A stretch of 63,324 bases of DNA, counting the filler, from Octopus bimaculoides (Eukaryota), in NCBI RefSeq assembly GCF_001194135.2. It is 6 parts of 5 records of this genome, joined end to end, with 100 filler letters (N's around TTAATTAATTAA, not from the genome) between each part and the next. Parts side by side here need not be neighbours in the genome. Positions count along the whole stretch, not along the records: positions 9,739 to 36,317 come from NC_068987.1; positions 36,418 to 41,034 come from NC_068995.1; 4 more parts are not named here. One strand, written 5' to 3'. The translations under genes and the position numbers were made by a program. A model generated the notes under the pieces. That model was not told where the DNA came from. It saw nothing but the letters and a program-made list of their open reading frames with translations, and did not search any database. This document shows, piece by piece, positions 24,838-37,339 of the stretch (positions within the stretch are counted from its first letter, which is position 1; each line of letters begins with the position of its first letter).

Positions 24838-27093
24838 CACACACATGTGCACGCGCCCACACACACACAAATACACCCATGTAAGTGAAAAGACATGAAT
24901 AAAACTGAAAAGCAAAAAGAGAAATTTCCCTATTTAGTCATCCTGACTACCAGATTCATCATGATCTTGGCTTATAAGATTCATTATGATCTTGGCTTAA
25001 ACTGGTGATTGTAAGCAATTACTATGGTTAAAGACAGAACAGTTTATGAAGTCTTATGGGTTGACACATAAAGCAAAGTTTCTTGGGACAACAGCAAAAG
25101 AGATGATAAAAAATAAGAGTTTTTTGGCCCGATATAAAAGCAATAATATCTTTTAACGAAGGATGAAACAAAGATGAAGTTTGTATTGGGGAAAAGCAGA
25201 AGTGAAGATTTGGAGCAAAGTAACACTGGAGATAAAGTGAGACATGAAGTTAGTGAGGAGTTAGAGAGAAGAAAGGCTGGCAGAGAAAAAACCAGGAGCA
25301 ACAGTAAAGTGCTAATGTAGGAGTGAGGGAGAGGGAGGAAGTGAGCATGTGTGAGATAGAAAGAGAGAAAACATAATAGAGAGGAAAATAAGAGTTTAAA
25401 TCACCAAAGATGGGAAAATCTGTTAAGGTAAACAAAAAGTTGACTATCTGCTTGGATTATAAATAATTGTAAAAGAAAAGATATGGAAAATAATGAAAAG
25501 ACAAACAAAACAAAAAAAAACAAGGAAGTACCCCTCATTAACTGCAGATACCAGATTCATGATGGTTTCAACCCTAAACCTGGAACTGCTTGTCTGGCAA
25601 ATATAAGTGACTGTAAACAATCCACAGAGAGAAAGAGAACATTTAACGATGTCTTATAATTAAACACTCAAAGGATATTCTTTCTCAACAAGCTGAAAAG
25701 TAACTATAAACTGTACTTAATGAAATCACATACGGATTAATTCAATACTACTGGAGTTCTCTTAAGAAGTTATGTTTTATGTAAGAAATTAAATTGTTAG
25801 CCATTTCTAAAAACCAAGCCAAATCAAACTGGAACCTGGTGCAGCTCTGCAGCTTTCCAGCATGGTGAAGGGGCGTTAACGGATGATGATGGCAATGATG
25901 ATGATTCTCCCATACTTTTACCCATCTTTTTCCTCTCATCTCCGAGCATAAAGTTTCCCCCATCTGGCGTCATAGTTTTGTAAACTGTAAAATGGCGTCA
26001 CTGGTGCTGGTGCTGGTGGCACAAAAAAAAAAAACACATCTGCTACATGTTGTAAAGTGGTTGGCAGTGGGAAAGTCATTCTGTTGTAGAAACCATGCCA
26101 AAGCATACATTGGAGCATGATGCAGTACTTGGGCCCCATTAGATACTGTCAAACTATCCAAACCATGCTACCATGAAACATGAATGTTAAATGATGATGA
26201 TGATGATGATGAAGATGATGATGATGGCAATGACAGCGGTGGTGGAATGTCCGCAACAGCAACAGTGGCAGTGACAGCAATGGTGGCAACAACAACAACA
26301 ACGATAATGATTCAATATATGTGTAGCAGTCTGATGATGGTGCATGGCTCAGTGGTTAGAGCATCAGGCTCATAATCATGAGGTAGTGAGTTCAATTCCT
26401 AGACTGGGCTGTGTGTTGTGTTCTTGAGCAAGACACTTTATTTCACATTGTACCTCTTTACTCAGCTGTAGAAATGAGTTGCGACATCACTGGTGCCAAG
26501 CTGTATCAGCCCTTTTGCCTTTCCCTTGGACAACATCAGTGGCATGGAGAGAGAGGACTGGTATGCATGGGTAACAGCTGGTCTTCCACAAAACAACCTT
26601 ACCCAGATTTGTGCCCTGGAAGGGAGCTTTCTTGGTGCAAGCCCATGGTCATTCATGACCGAAGGGGTCTTTACCTTTTTAAGCAATCTGATGTCTAATG
26701 CACTGTACTGCATCTTTCTCTATTCTTTACTGAAGATCAAAACCTTGAACCATTGAACTTTTCACTCCTTGTGGTAATCAGACTTATTGGATTACACTTC
26801 AAACTCTTTAATTACATTAATTATACTAACTCTTTGATTATATTAATTATTACTGACACTAACCCTCACTAGTTTCCTTATACTCTGTATTTTACTTTAT
26901 ACCAATCATGGGCAAACTGAGTCATTCAGAAAGTTCCATGGGCCACATTCAGTCCACAAGACTTTCTTTCTGAATGGCATGTCAATGAAAATTTACTTTG
27001 GATTTTTTAGTAGTGCAGCTTAATGATGAGCCAAGTCTTACGCAACTCATTTCTTGAAAAAGATTGCCCATGCCTGCTCTAAACAATACTTAC

Positions 27094-27185
27094 ATTATTC
27101 TTCTCAGGACGTGGCCATCAGACCACAATATATGCATTGCTATACAGAGAGCATCCAAGATTCTAGGAGGAGTAAATTCAACGAC
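27094..27185 (-). CDS. FAAH: FAAH-like exon (exon 9 equivalent)
   Basis: gatttacag|GTC...ATA AT|gtaagt; 92 bp; VVEFTPPRILDALCIAMHILWSDGHVLRRI(I), compare LVPFLP...FSDGG. Confidence 0.9.
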
Positions 27186-28461
27186 CTGTAAATCAAATGA
27201 AACAGCAACATTTATCAGTGATGGATGCTTCATTGCAAGAACAAATAGGAGAGGACTCAATTGTCTCTAAGATGTTTGAAAATTGAAGGGAAACGTGGAA
27301 GATGGTGAATATGGAAGATTCTTAGTGAAAAAGGGATGGGAAATCAGAAATGTTCAGAAATTGAGCATCGTCCAAATGTGTTGCATGCAACCAATAGAGC
27401 CCATGTGGAAGTGTTCTGATATTACTAATAAAACTTTATTTCTTTGCCTATGTTTTCCAATTAACCCTGCTAAGGTATCCTTATTTTTCATTTCTTTTTG
27501 ATTTTCACAAATTGTAACGGTAATTTATGGACATGCTGTATTATATTTCTACAGGAAGAAGAAAAACCAAAGTCAACTCTATACCAATGATCCAGAACAT
27601 TAGGGAATGAAATTAAATACTGTATGGCCTTCAGCTGTACTTTATCATTTATGCAACTTTAACAACTTCTTTATGGTACTAATAATAATTGTTTCTAATT
27701 TTGGAACAAGGCCTGAAATTTATGGTGGGAGGCAGGCAGTTGATTACATTGACTCCAATGCTCAACTGGTGCTTATTTTATTAACCCTGAAAGGTAAAGT
27801 TGAACTTCAAACATAGACTGTAAAAAAAATTTGGATGAAATGCTGAGAAGCATTGTGTCCAGCATGCTAAACAATTCTTATTTCTTTATTGCCCACAAGG
27901 GGCTAAGCATAAAGGGGACAAACAAGGACAAAGGGATTAAGTCAATTACATCGACCCCAGTGCATAACTGGTACTTAATTTATCGACCCCGAAAGGATGA
28001 AAGGCAAAGTCGACCTTGGTGGAATTCGAACTCAGAATGTAACGGCAGACAAAAAACCGCTAAGCATTTCGCCCAGTGTGCTAACGTTTCTGCCAGCTCA
28101 CCGCCTTAAACGATTCTGCTAGCTAAATGATTCTGCTAAACGATACTGCTAGCTCACTGCACCACCACTACCACCACCACCACCGCTACTACTAATAATA
28201 ATAATAATCCTTCCTATGACAGGCACAAGGCCTGAAATTTTGGGGAAGGGGTCTAGTTGATTACATTGATCCTAGTGCTTGACTAGTACTTATTTTATCA
28301 ACCCCAAAAGGATGAAAGGCTATGTCAACCCCAGCAGAATTTGAACTTAGAACATGAAGACAGCTGAAATACTTCTAAGCATTTCACTAGGTGTGCTAAT
28401 GACTCTGTCAGCTTGCTATCTTAATTATAATAAATAATAATAGTAATAATAATTATAATGA

Positions 28462-28760
28462 TGATGATAAATCCAACAAGCCAGGCATTGTTACCAAGGA
28501 CAGAAGAACAGGATATGTATATTTATTGATATTGCAATACCTTTCAAGAGACACCTTCATGAAAATCACAGAGAAGCTGATTATGTACAAAGACCAGGAA
28601 ATCAAAATCAACAAGATGAAGAAGATGAAAACTGAAATAATGCCAGCGGTCACTGGAACACTAAAACTAGAAATTCATCAACGGCATCCGAGGTAACATA
28701 AATATTTATGTAGTCCAGAGGATTGTGCTACTTGGAATGGTTCACATACTATGGAGAGTG
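28462..28760 (+). mobile_element. RLE endonuclease fragment of a non-LTR retrotransposon
   Basis: NKPGIVTKD...IDIAIP...EKLIMYKDQEIKI...KTEIMPAVTGTL in decayed frames; (TAA)-rich 5' flank. Confidence 0.65.
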
Positions 28761-29036
28761 TGGTCAGTCAAATGACATCTTCCCTATAGTACCTCAGGCC
28801 CATCGTTTGGACCTAGCTCGATAGGATACGGTAAATAGAAAGAATAAACAATAGTTGTTTCTAATATAGGCACAAGGCATGAAATCTTGAGGGGAGAAGT
28901 TGCCAAGCTAATTAGATGGCAGGCTAAGTAGGATTTGAACTCAGAACTTGAAGACCTGAAAGAAACAACACAAGGCATTTTGTCTCATGCTCTGGTAATT
29001 CTGCAAGAGCAGCAACAGCAACAACAACATTCTTAC

Positions 29037-29162
29037 CGTATGCCCTTTAGCTTCCAAAGCTTTCTTTGCCATAAGAACTGCTCTGCGGCAGGCAGGGGTA
29101 GCATTAACTACATTATCAGTCACATAATATCCAATCCGCAGTTTTCTTTTATCTTCAAACAG
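29037..29162 (-). CDS. FAAH: FAAH-like exon (exon 8 equivalent)
   Basis: tactttccag|CTG...ACG|gtaaga; 126 bp; LFEDKRKLRIGYYVTDNVVNATPACRRAVLMAKKALEAKGHT, compare FAAH LRVGYYETDN...PAMRRAV...LEAAGHT. Confidence 0.95.
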
Positions 29163-29984
29163 CTGGAAAGTATCAAGAAAAATTTATTCATTATTAGTAT
29201 AAGAAATCATTGCAGAAAAATACAAAAAAAAAGCAATGTTTTTATTATTGTCTTGAACTGGCAAGATATGTTTGCAAACCTGTCTTATAAATTTATTTAG
29301 GTAAATTACTTTTAGTTTTTGTTTCTTATCAGTTTTTTTGTCTGAAATTTGTATGACATATTCTGATATTTCTTTTAGAATTCATCCGAAGAGTGGTGAA
29401 TGTTAATTAGGTATAATTTTCATCGTTTAATAACCAAAACAAAAGGAAACAATTCAACATAAAACAAGAGCACTCAGAAAGGGCAAACCTCCACCAAGGC
29501 AACATAAATGTCCTCTCAACGATTAGCTGGAAATGATTTTTAAAATGAGAATATCTGAAATAAACTTGACTGCTCTCACAAATGAGAACACTAAGAATCA
29601 ACTCAATCACTTCCAAAAATTAAGTGAAAAAAACGGAAAAATAATCCAGAATCTTTGTCCAGTACAGGATCGAGCCCAAAATCTAACGAGTTCATGCCGG
29701 TCATGAGGCGAAACATCCCTGAAAGTTTCATCTAAATCCATCCAGCGGTTCTTGAGATATCTTGTCCACAGATAATGAAAAAGACACCAATGATAGTGAT
29801 TGTGGTCATGACGGTACAGAGGGTGGAAGAAATGAAAGAGATAAATGGCAGTCGTAAAGATGGTATTGGTGATGAAATCATGATGTTATGGTGGTAATAG
29901 ATGAAGTAAACATTGTATTGCTGATCAAACAGTGCAGCAGTAATTTTGGAAAGTGTATCAAAATTAATCAAAACAATTCCTTAC

Positions 29985-30109
29985 ATGATTTTGGAATGCC
30001 ACAGGAATTATTTTGTGATCCATTTCAAAAACTTCAGGGGAAAACAGTGCTTTTGCTGTAATAATTAGACCATCAGCAGTCTGGGCCATTGGACCAATGG
30101 AATTCTCAA
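29985..30109 (-). CDS. FAAH: FAAH-like exon (exon 7 equivalent)
   Basis: caattacag|TT GAG...CAT|gtaagg; 125 bp; ENSIGPMAQTADGLIITAKALFSPEVFEMDHKIIPVAFQNH, with the amidase GPMA motif. Confidence 0.93.
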
Positions 30110-30490
30110 CTGTAATTGAAGAAATAATTAATAATTAACAACAAATTTGTTATGTAAATAGGCATAAGTGTCTGGTTAAGATGTTCACTCTATAACACCA
30201 TGATGGGAACTGTTACAACTTATCCTTAGTTATGGCAACATGGAAAGGAGATGTATGCACATTCATACACACATGTATACATACACATGCACACATACTC
30301 TTTTACTTGTTTCAGTCATTTGACTGCGGCCATGCTGGAGCACCGCCTTTAGTCGAGCAAATCGACCCCAGGACTTATTCTTTGTAAGCCTAGTACTTAT
30401 TCTATCGGTCTCTTTTGCCGAACTGCTAAGTTACGGGGACATAAACACCCCACCATCGGTTGTCAAGCGATGCTGGGGGAACAAACACAG

Positions 30491-30533
<43 letters not shown>

Positions 30534-30810
30534 NNNNNNNNNNNNNNNNNNNNNNNNNNNNNNNNNNNNNNNNNNNNNNNNNNNNNNNNNNNNNNNNNNN
30601 NNNNNNNNNNNNNNNNNNNNNNNNNNNNNNNNNNNNNNNNNNNNNNNNNNNNNNNNNNNNNNNNNNNNNNNNNNNNNNNNNNNNNNNNNNNNNNNNNNNN
30701 NNNNNNNNNNNNNNNNNNNNNNNNNNNNNNNNNNNNNNNNNNNNNNNNNNNNNNNNNNNNNNNNNNNNNNNNNNNNNNNNNNNNNNNNNNNNNNNNNNNN
30801 NNNNNNNNNN

Positions 30811-30853
<43 letters not shown>

Positions 30854-31557
30854 ACATATATATACATATGTATATATCAAATTTGTGATTTTCTGGTGGC
30901 ATGGATGATACGGGAATGTTTCTGTCAGGCACCATATGATGTAGTTTCTCTGCAGAAATGTGGTGGCACCAATATGTAAATGACAAAGGCAATGGAAGAA
31001 GGGGGGTGCTGAGAGGGGGTAAAGAAATGGGAGAACAAGAAGGGGGAGAAAAAGGGAGAGGTGGAAGAGGGAATAAACAAACAAACAAGGAAAGAATGAA
31101 AGAAAGTGAAAATAAAAAAAATAGAAGGAAGGAAGGAAGGAAGGAAAAGAAATAGAGAAAACAAGGGACACAGAGAGAAAGAAAGACAGACGAGCCAGAA
31201 GTGAAAAGAAGATATGAAGATTTAACGAGCGAGGCAAATAAGTACAAGTAAAAACAATGGTGGATACAAGAGAGTAGAGTACCTTATATACACCGGCATC
31301 ATCCTGTTGATGTTGTTGAAGGCTCTATAATAGAGAATATACTGTCACAAACTTCTGACAAAGGACACCCATGGTAAAACATTCCAGCCAAAACCATTAT
31401 GTACCTGTAATGTTATTATCAGTCCAAATATGCTTGTGGCACGTTTGAATTGGGGTACAATCTACTCACTGTGTTTTGTCAGAGAAAATATATCCTGTTT
31501 GTTGGCAAATGGTGTGTATACAACTAGATTAAATGTGCCTCAAGAATATTCGGGCTG

Positions 31558-32135
31558 ATAATCATCATCATCATTATCGTTTAACGTCCGCTTTCCATGC
31601 TAGCATGGGTTGGACGATTTGACTGAGGACTGGTGAACTAGATGGCTGCACCAGGCTCCAATCTGATCTGGCAGAGTTTCTACAGCTGGATACCCTTCCT
31701 AACGCCAACCACTCTGAGAGTGTAGTGGGTGCTTTTACGTGCCACCTGCACAAAGGCCAGTCAGGCGGTACTGGCAACAACCATGCTCAAAATGGTGTAT
31801 TTTACGTGCCACCTGCACAGTCCAGCAGCACTGGTAATGATCTCACTCAAACAACTTTTCACGTGCCAGGAAGGCGACGCTGGTTACGATCACACTCAAA
31901 CATTGCTCTTAGCGCTCTACTGGTACAGGTGCCATCATGATTTCGCTTTCGCTTGCCCCAACAAGTCTTCGCAAGCCGAGTTTAGTGTCCAATGGAGGAG
32001 ACATTGGCATGGGGGCCAGTCGTCAAATTTAGTTCAATTTCAATACAATTTTACTTATCACTGCTTAGCACTCTCCCACTGTAATTTACTTAGGGTGAGG
32101 CGCCAAATAGCGCTGCCAGTCACCGTATGGTAACT
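31558..32135 (-). mobile_element. 3' end of an RTE-like LINE with (ATG)n tail
   Basis: atcatcatc...tttaacgtccgctttccatgctagcatgggttggacg...cttcctaacgccaaccactc recurs at about 33100-33300, 5190-5300 and 7755-7850, and in the opposite orientation at 13045-13202, 23390-23590 and 26040-26230. Clade assignment is inferred. Confidence 0.65.
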
Positions 32136-32634
32136 GGAAAAGCATAAGAGAGTCAATCTCTTCAATCAGCTCATAGCGCCACCTGCTTGGTGTCTGTGAC
32201 CAAAGAGGAAATAACTACTCCAAAATTCTAGCATCTCACAGGTAGGTAGCACTGTGAGCTGATCTAGGTCTATACACACCATTTGTCAACAAACAGGATA
32301 TATTTTCCATGACAAACGCAGTGAATAGCTTGTTCTCCAGTTCAAATGTCCCACAAGCATATTTGGACTGATAATAACATTACAATTTTACTTATCACTG
32401 CTTACCACTCCCCCTCTATAACATCTTGTACTTATTTTCCAGACAGTAAATCTAGGATTAATTTATCTAATGTCCTTTGCCATTTTTTTTTAGAGGTAGG
32501 GTCGGTGAGGGAAATTTACCTGCTATTTCTAGCAGGTTAAGTGATTGCATAGTGGTTACCTCATTGGTTCATGTCACCAAAGCTTTTGTGCATAAATGGA
32601 GACAAGAAGGGAAAAATAGTGATATAATTCTTAC

Positions 32635-32675
32635 TGAGAATTTGATCCTTGAATGCATTACATGTGCTTCCTGTC
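32635..32675 (-). CDS. FAAH: FAAH-like exon (exon 6 equivalent)
   Basis: ccaattacag|G ACA...CTC A|gtaaga; 41 bp, phase 2 to 1; TGSTCNAFKDQIL(I). Size and phases fit FAAH exon 6 (recalled) and it joins the next exon in frame. Confidence 0.8.
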
Positions 32676-34333
32676 CTGTAATTGGAATTTGAAAATGAAC
32701 TAATTCACAGATGTATGAATTAATTAGCAATATTATATTGACACTTAGCAATTAATAAAAGTAAATATAATTAAAAATAAAATCAAAACTTTTGAACTAA
32801 TTACATTTAATAATTTATTAAAAAAAAAAGATCAACTTCAACAGGCATAAACACAAAGCTGTACGTTTAACCCTTTAGAATTTAAACTGGCCATATCTGG
32901 CTCAAATATTCTGCCTGTTTTACGTTCAAACCAGCCAGATCTGACCTCTCACACCTATCCCACAATGTCATTCTAAAAATAAATAATGACATCATTGAAA
33001 TCGTGAAGCTACAAGATAATGCTTGATTAATTCAAAACAATGTAAGTATATAAACACTGCATTCAGCAGAAAGATATGTTATAGCATTTCTACATCACCC
33101 TATCATCATCATCATTTAACGTCTGCTTTGCATGCTAGCATGGGTTGGACGATTTGACTGGGGACTAGCGAACCAGATGGCTACACCAGACTCCAATCTG
33201 ATCTGGCAGAGTTTCTACAGCTGGATGCCTTTCCTAACGCCAACCACTCCGAGAGTGTAGTGGGTGCTTTTTACGTGCCACTGGCATGAGAGCCAGTCCG
33301 GCAGTATAAGATGGAAAAAAAGAGTGAGTGTATGTTTTTGAGCATGGTTCTTTATCAGAAAGAGGAGAGAGGAAAGGTTCACTGAAAGGAAAGAAGTTCA
33401 AGAAAAGCATGTGTGGTTACATNNNNNNNNNNNNNNNNNNNNNNNNNNNNNNNNNNNNNNNNNNNNNNNNNNNNNNNNNNNNNNNNNNNNNNNNNNNNNN
33501 NNNNNNNNNNNNNNNNNNNNNNNNNNNNNNNNNNNNNNNNNNNNNNNNNNNNNNNNNNNNNNNNNNNNNNNNNNNNNNNNNNNNNNNNNNNNNNNNNNNN
33601 NNNNNNNNNNNNNNNNNNNNNNNNNNNNNNNNNNNNNNNNNNNNNNNNNNNNNNNNNNNNNNNNNNNNNNNNNNNNNNNNNNNNNNNNNNNNNNNNNNNN
33701 NNNNNNNNNNNNNNNNNNNNNNNNNNNNNNNNNNNNNNNNNNNNNNNNNNNNNNNNNNNNNNNNNNNNNNNNNNNNNNNNNNNNNNNNNNNNNNNNNNNN
33801 NNNNNNNNNNNNNNNNNNNNNNNNNNNNNNNNNNNNNNNNNNNNNNNNNNNNNNNNNNNNNNNNNNNNNNNNNNNNNNNNNNNNNNNNNNNNNNNNNNNN
33901 NNNNNNNNNNNNNNNNNNNNNNNNNNNNNNNNNNNNNNNNNNNNNNNNNNNNNNNNNNNNNNNNNNNNNNNNNNNNNNNNNNNNNNNNNNNNNNNNNNNN
34001 NNNNNNNNNNNNNNNNNNNNNNNNNNNNNNNNNNNNNNNNNNNNNNNNNNNNNNNNNNNNNNNNNNNNNNNNNNNNNNNNNNNNNNNNNNNNNNNNNNNN
34101 NNNNNNNNNNNNNNNNNNNNNNNNNNNNNNNNNNNNNNNNNNNNNNNNNNNNNNNNNNNNNNNNNNNNNNNNNNNNNNNNNNNNNNNNNNNNNNNNNNNN
34201 NNNNNNNNNNNNNNNNNNNNNNNNNNNNNNNNNNNNNNNNNNNNNNNNNNNNNNNNNNNNNNNNNNNNNNNNNNNNNNNNNNNNNNNNNNNNNNNNNNNN
34301 NNNNNNNNNNNNNNNNNNNNNNNNNNNNNNNNN

Positions 34334-34377
<44 letters not shown>

Positions 34378-35656
34378 CACACGCACGCACACACGCACGC
34401 ACACACGCACGCACACACACACACACAATAGGCTTCCACACAGCTTCTATCAGCCAAATTCATTCACAAAGCATTGGACTATAGGGGAAGATAGTTGCCC
34501 AAGGTGTCACACAGTGGGACTGAACCCAAAAACTATGTGGTTGCAATGCAAGCTTCTTAACCACACAGCCATGTCCATTGTAAATGCTTCAATATCATTA
34601 CCAATTGTATTTTTATTATTATTAGCACACCAATAAGGCAGTGAGCTGGCAGAATCATTAGCACTCTGGGCAAAATGCTAAGCAACATTTCATCTGTGTT
34701 TATGTTCTGAGTTCAAATTCCGCACAGGTCAACTTTGCCGTTCATCCTTTTGGGGTCAATGAATTAAGTAACAGTAAAACACAGGAGTCAATATAATCAA
34801 CTAGTCCCCTCTCCCAAAATTTCAGGCATTGTTCCTTTAATAAAAAGGACCATTATGAATTGTATTTTCATTACTATTAGCACACCAATAGAGCAGTGAC
34901 CTGACAGAATTGTTAACACTCTGGCCAAAATGCTAAGCAACATTTGATTCATCTTTATATTCTGATTTCAAATTCCACTGAGGTCAACATTGCCTTTCAT
35001 CCTTTTGAGCTTGATAAATTAAGTATCAATGAAACACTGGTGTCAATGTAAACAGCTAGTCCCCATCCCAAAAACTTTCGGGAGAGAGTGGTAACATTCT
35101 TGAAGAAACTCTAAGAATCAATTGACTGAACTGTGGCCATACTAGGGTACCACCTTCAAGTACACCAGTACTTATTTTTCATGAGCCTGATACTTAATCT
35201 ATCAGTCTCTTTTCCCAAACCACTAAATTATGGGGACACTTGCTCAAGGTGCACACAATGGGATTGAACCCGAATCTATACGTTTGGGAAGCAAGCTAGT
35301 CAAACACACAGCCATGCCTGCGCCTGACTAATTTGTAAGAAAAACAAGTTGCAGTTATTGTTTAACCCCGGTCAGGCCCGGTGATAGAGAAGACTTATAA
35401 TCAAGGACACACAGCCATCTCTTATATATATAATGGACTACACTGTGGTCAGTGTGATCTTCTTCAAGTCATTAGGATGTGTATTGAAGGCAATCAGGCT
35501 GCTTGTTCTAGTAGGTCAAGTAACTAGCACAGAGGCATCCTCTCTAGATTGAGAAAGAGGAGTCTGATAGCAGAGGTGAAAACTCAGCAGAAGAAGACAG
35601 AAGATTTATTAGAAAGGAAAAGGTAACATGATTTCAAGGTGTTAATGAAAGCTTAC

Positions 35657-35718
35657 GTTAACATAGCCTGTGGTACATTTGTTGTGACGAATGGAACAGC
35701 ACCAAGATCTTTCAGGCA
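35657..35718 (-). CDS. FAAH: FAAH-like amidase exon, equivalent to the 3' half of vertebrate FAAH exon 4
   Basis: ctatttcag|TGC...TTA AC|gtaagc; 62 bp; CLKDLGAVPFVTTNVPQAML(T) matches the FAAH motif GAVPFVHTNVPQSM. Confidence 0.9.
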
Positions 35719-35873
35719 CTGAAATAGAAATTTAGGTATTCGACGTCAGTTTAGTTGTACAAGACATTAGAAAATTGGTTGACAAAGAAAAACATGTGAA
35801 GCAAATCTCATTCATTGTCTTAAGATAATTTAATACACAATAGATATGTAAGTGTGAATGTGTGAATGACTTG

Positions 35874-35988
<115 letters not shown>

Positions 35989-36070
35989 TCTGTGTGTATG
36001 TATTACATGCACACACCACACACACACACACACACATATATATATCTATATATATAAAAATGAGAATGTG

Positions 36071-36117
<47 letters not shown>

Positions 36118-36317
36118 GTGAATCCCTAAAACTCGAGAACTACGCAACCAATTTCATTCAAACTTTACACATGCCTTACTTAGGGTTCCAGTTGAGTTTT
36201 AGTCAAAAAAAATTATTAACTTCTTGCAGAATTCGAGCACACGGCAACATAATATCTCCTCCACTATTTAAGTATTACGTGTCAAAAGTGAAACGAAAAC
36301 ACTTATGTCAAATACTT

Positions 36318-36417
36318 NNNNNNNNNNNNNNNNNNNNNNNNNNNNNNNNNNNNNNNNNNNNTTAATTAATTAANNNNNNNNNNNNNNNNNNNNNNNNNNN
36401 NNNNNNNNNNNNNNNNN
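36318..36417. other. Assembly placeholder gap: 44 N + TTAATTAATTAA + 44 N
   Basis: Identical 100-nt constructs at 9639-9738, 41035-41134, 54139-54238 and 61303-61402; the 12-mer is palindromic and puts a stop in all six frames. Confidence 0.95.
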
Positions 36418-36464
36418 TTTTTTTTTTTTTTTTTTTTGTCCTTCCTTCCCCCTCCCAAAAAGAA

Positions 36465-36531
36465 AAGCTCTACATTGTATTTGTCCCATCTTCGTTGAGC
36501 CCTGTGTGGCTAATAAAAGAAATGTATCTAT
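36465..36531 (+). repeat. Short interspersed repeat, with an inverted copy at 61135-61202
   Basis: aagctctacattgtatt(t/c)gtcccatctt(c/t)gttgagccctgtgtggctaataaa...atgtatctat occurs in both orientations. Confidence 0.7.
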
Positions 36532-36930
36532 TTCGGATAATATAAATAACTATTCTCGTGAATATCTTCATTTATATTTTCAATTAAGAGTAGCCATACA
36601 AAATAATTTGCTTCTCAAAACGGATCTTTTTCTTTTGGAGTTAACCTTCACTTTAACATGAGCTCAAATTGAGTATGAAGAATTTATTGCGTGTGAAAGG
36701 GGATAAATGTCTCAGAGGACGAAAACATGAATAGGGAAACAAGTGAAATCGCTTGCCATGGAATCGAAACCACATCCAAAGACTATCGGCTGAGCTTACT
36801 CTGATTCTACAATGCTGATTGTTATTTTTAATATACCATAATTCATAAAAATTAACACGCCGTGAATCTGTAAAGTTTGTTTGCGTGTGAAGAATATTAA
36901 GTCACATAGGAAAGAAATGCGAGAGTAAGG

Positions 36931-36993
<63 letters not shown>

Positions 36994-37302
36994 AGAGTGA
37001 GAGGGGAGGGAAAAGAAAATGAGAATGTGGAGAAAGGGAGAGAGAGAAAGAGTGTGTGTAAGTAATGAAGAGGTGAGAAAGAGCTACAAATTGACGAGGT
37101 TTCACCTCTGTTGCTAACTCTATTCACTGGCCGCCATCTTTTGTGCGTTACACGATTTCCTAAATTCTTCGTATTTTTACTCCATTATTTAATACACTCA
37201 CACCATATCGCCTTCTCAAAGCCTCAAAAGCTGCCCAGGTTGGGCTTTGCTTTTACTAATGCAAGAGGGCTTGGCAAACCGAGCACGCACGCATGCAGAA
37301 GT

Positions 37303-37339
<37 letters not shown>

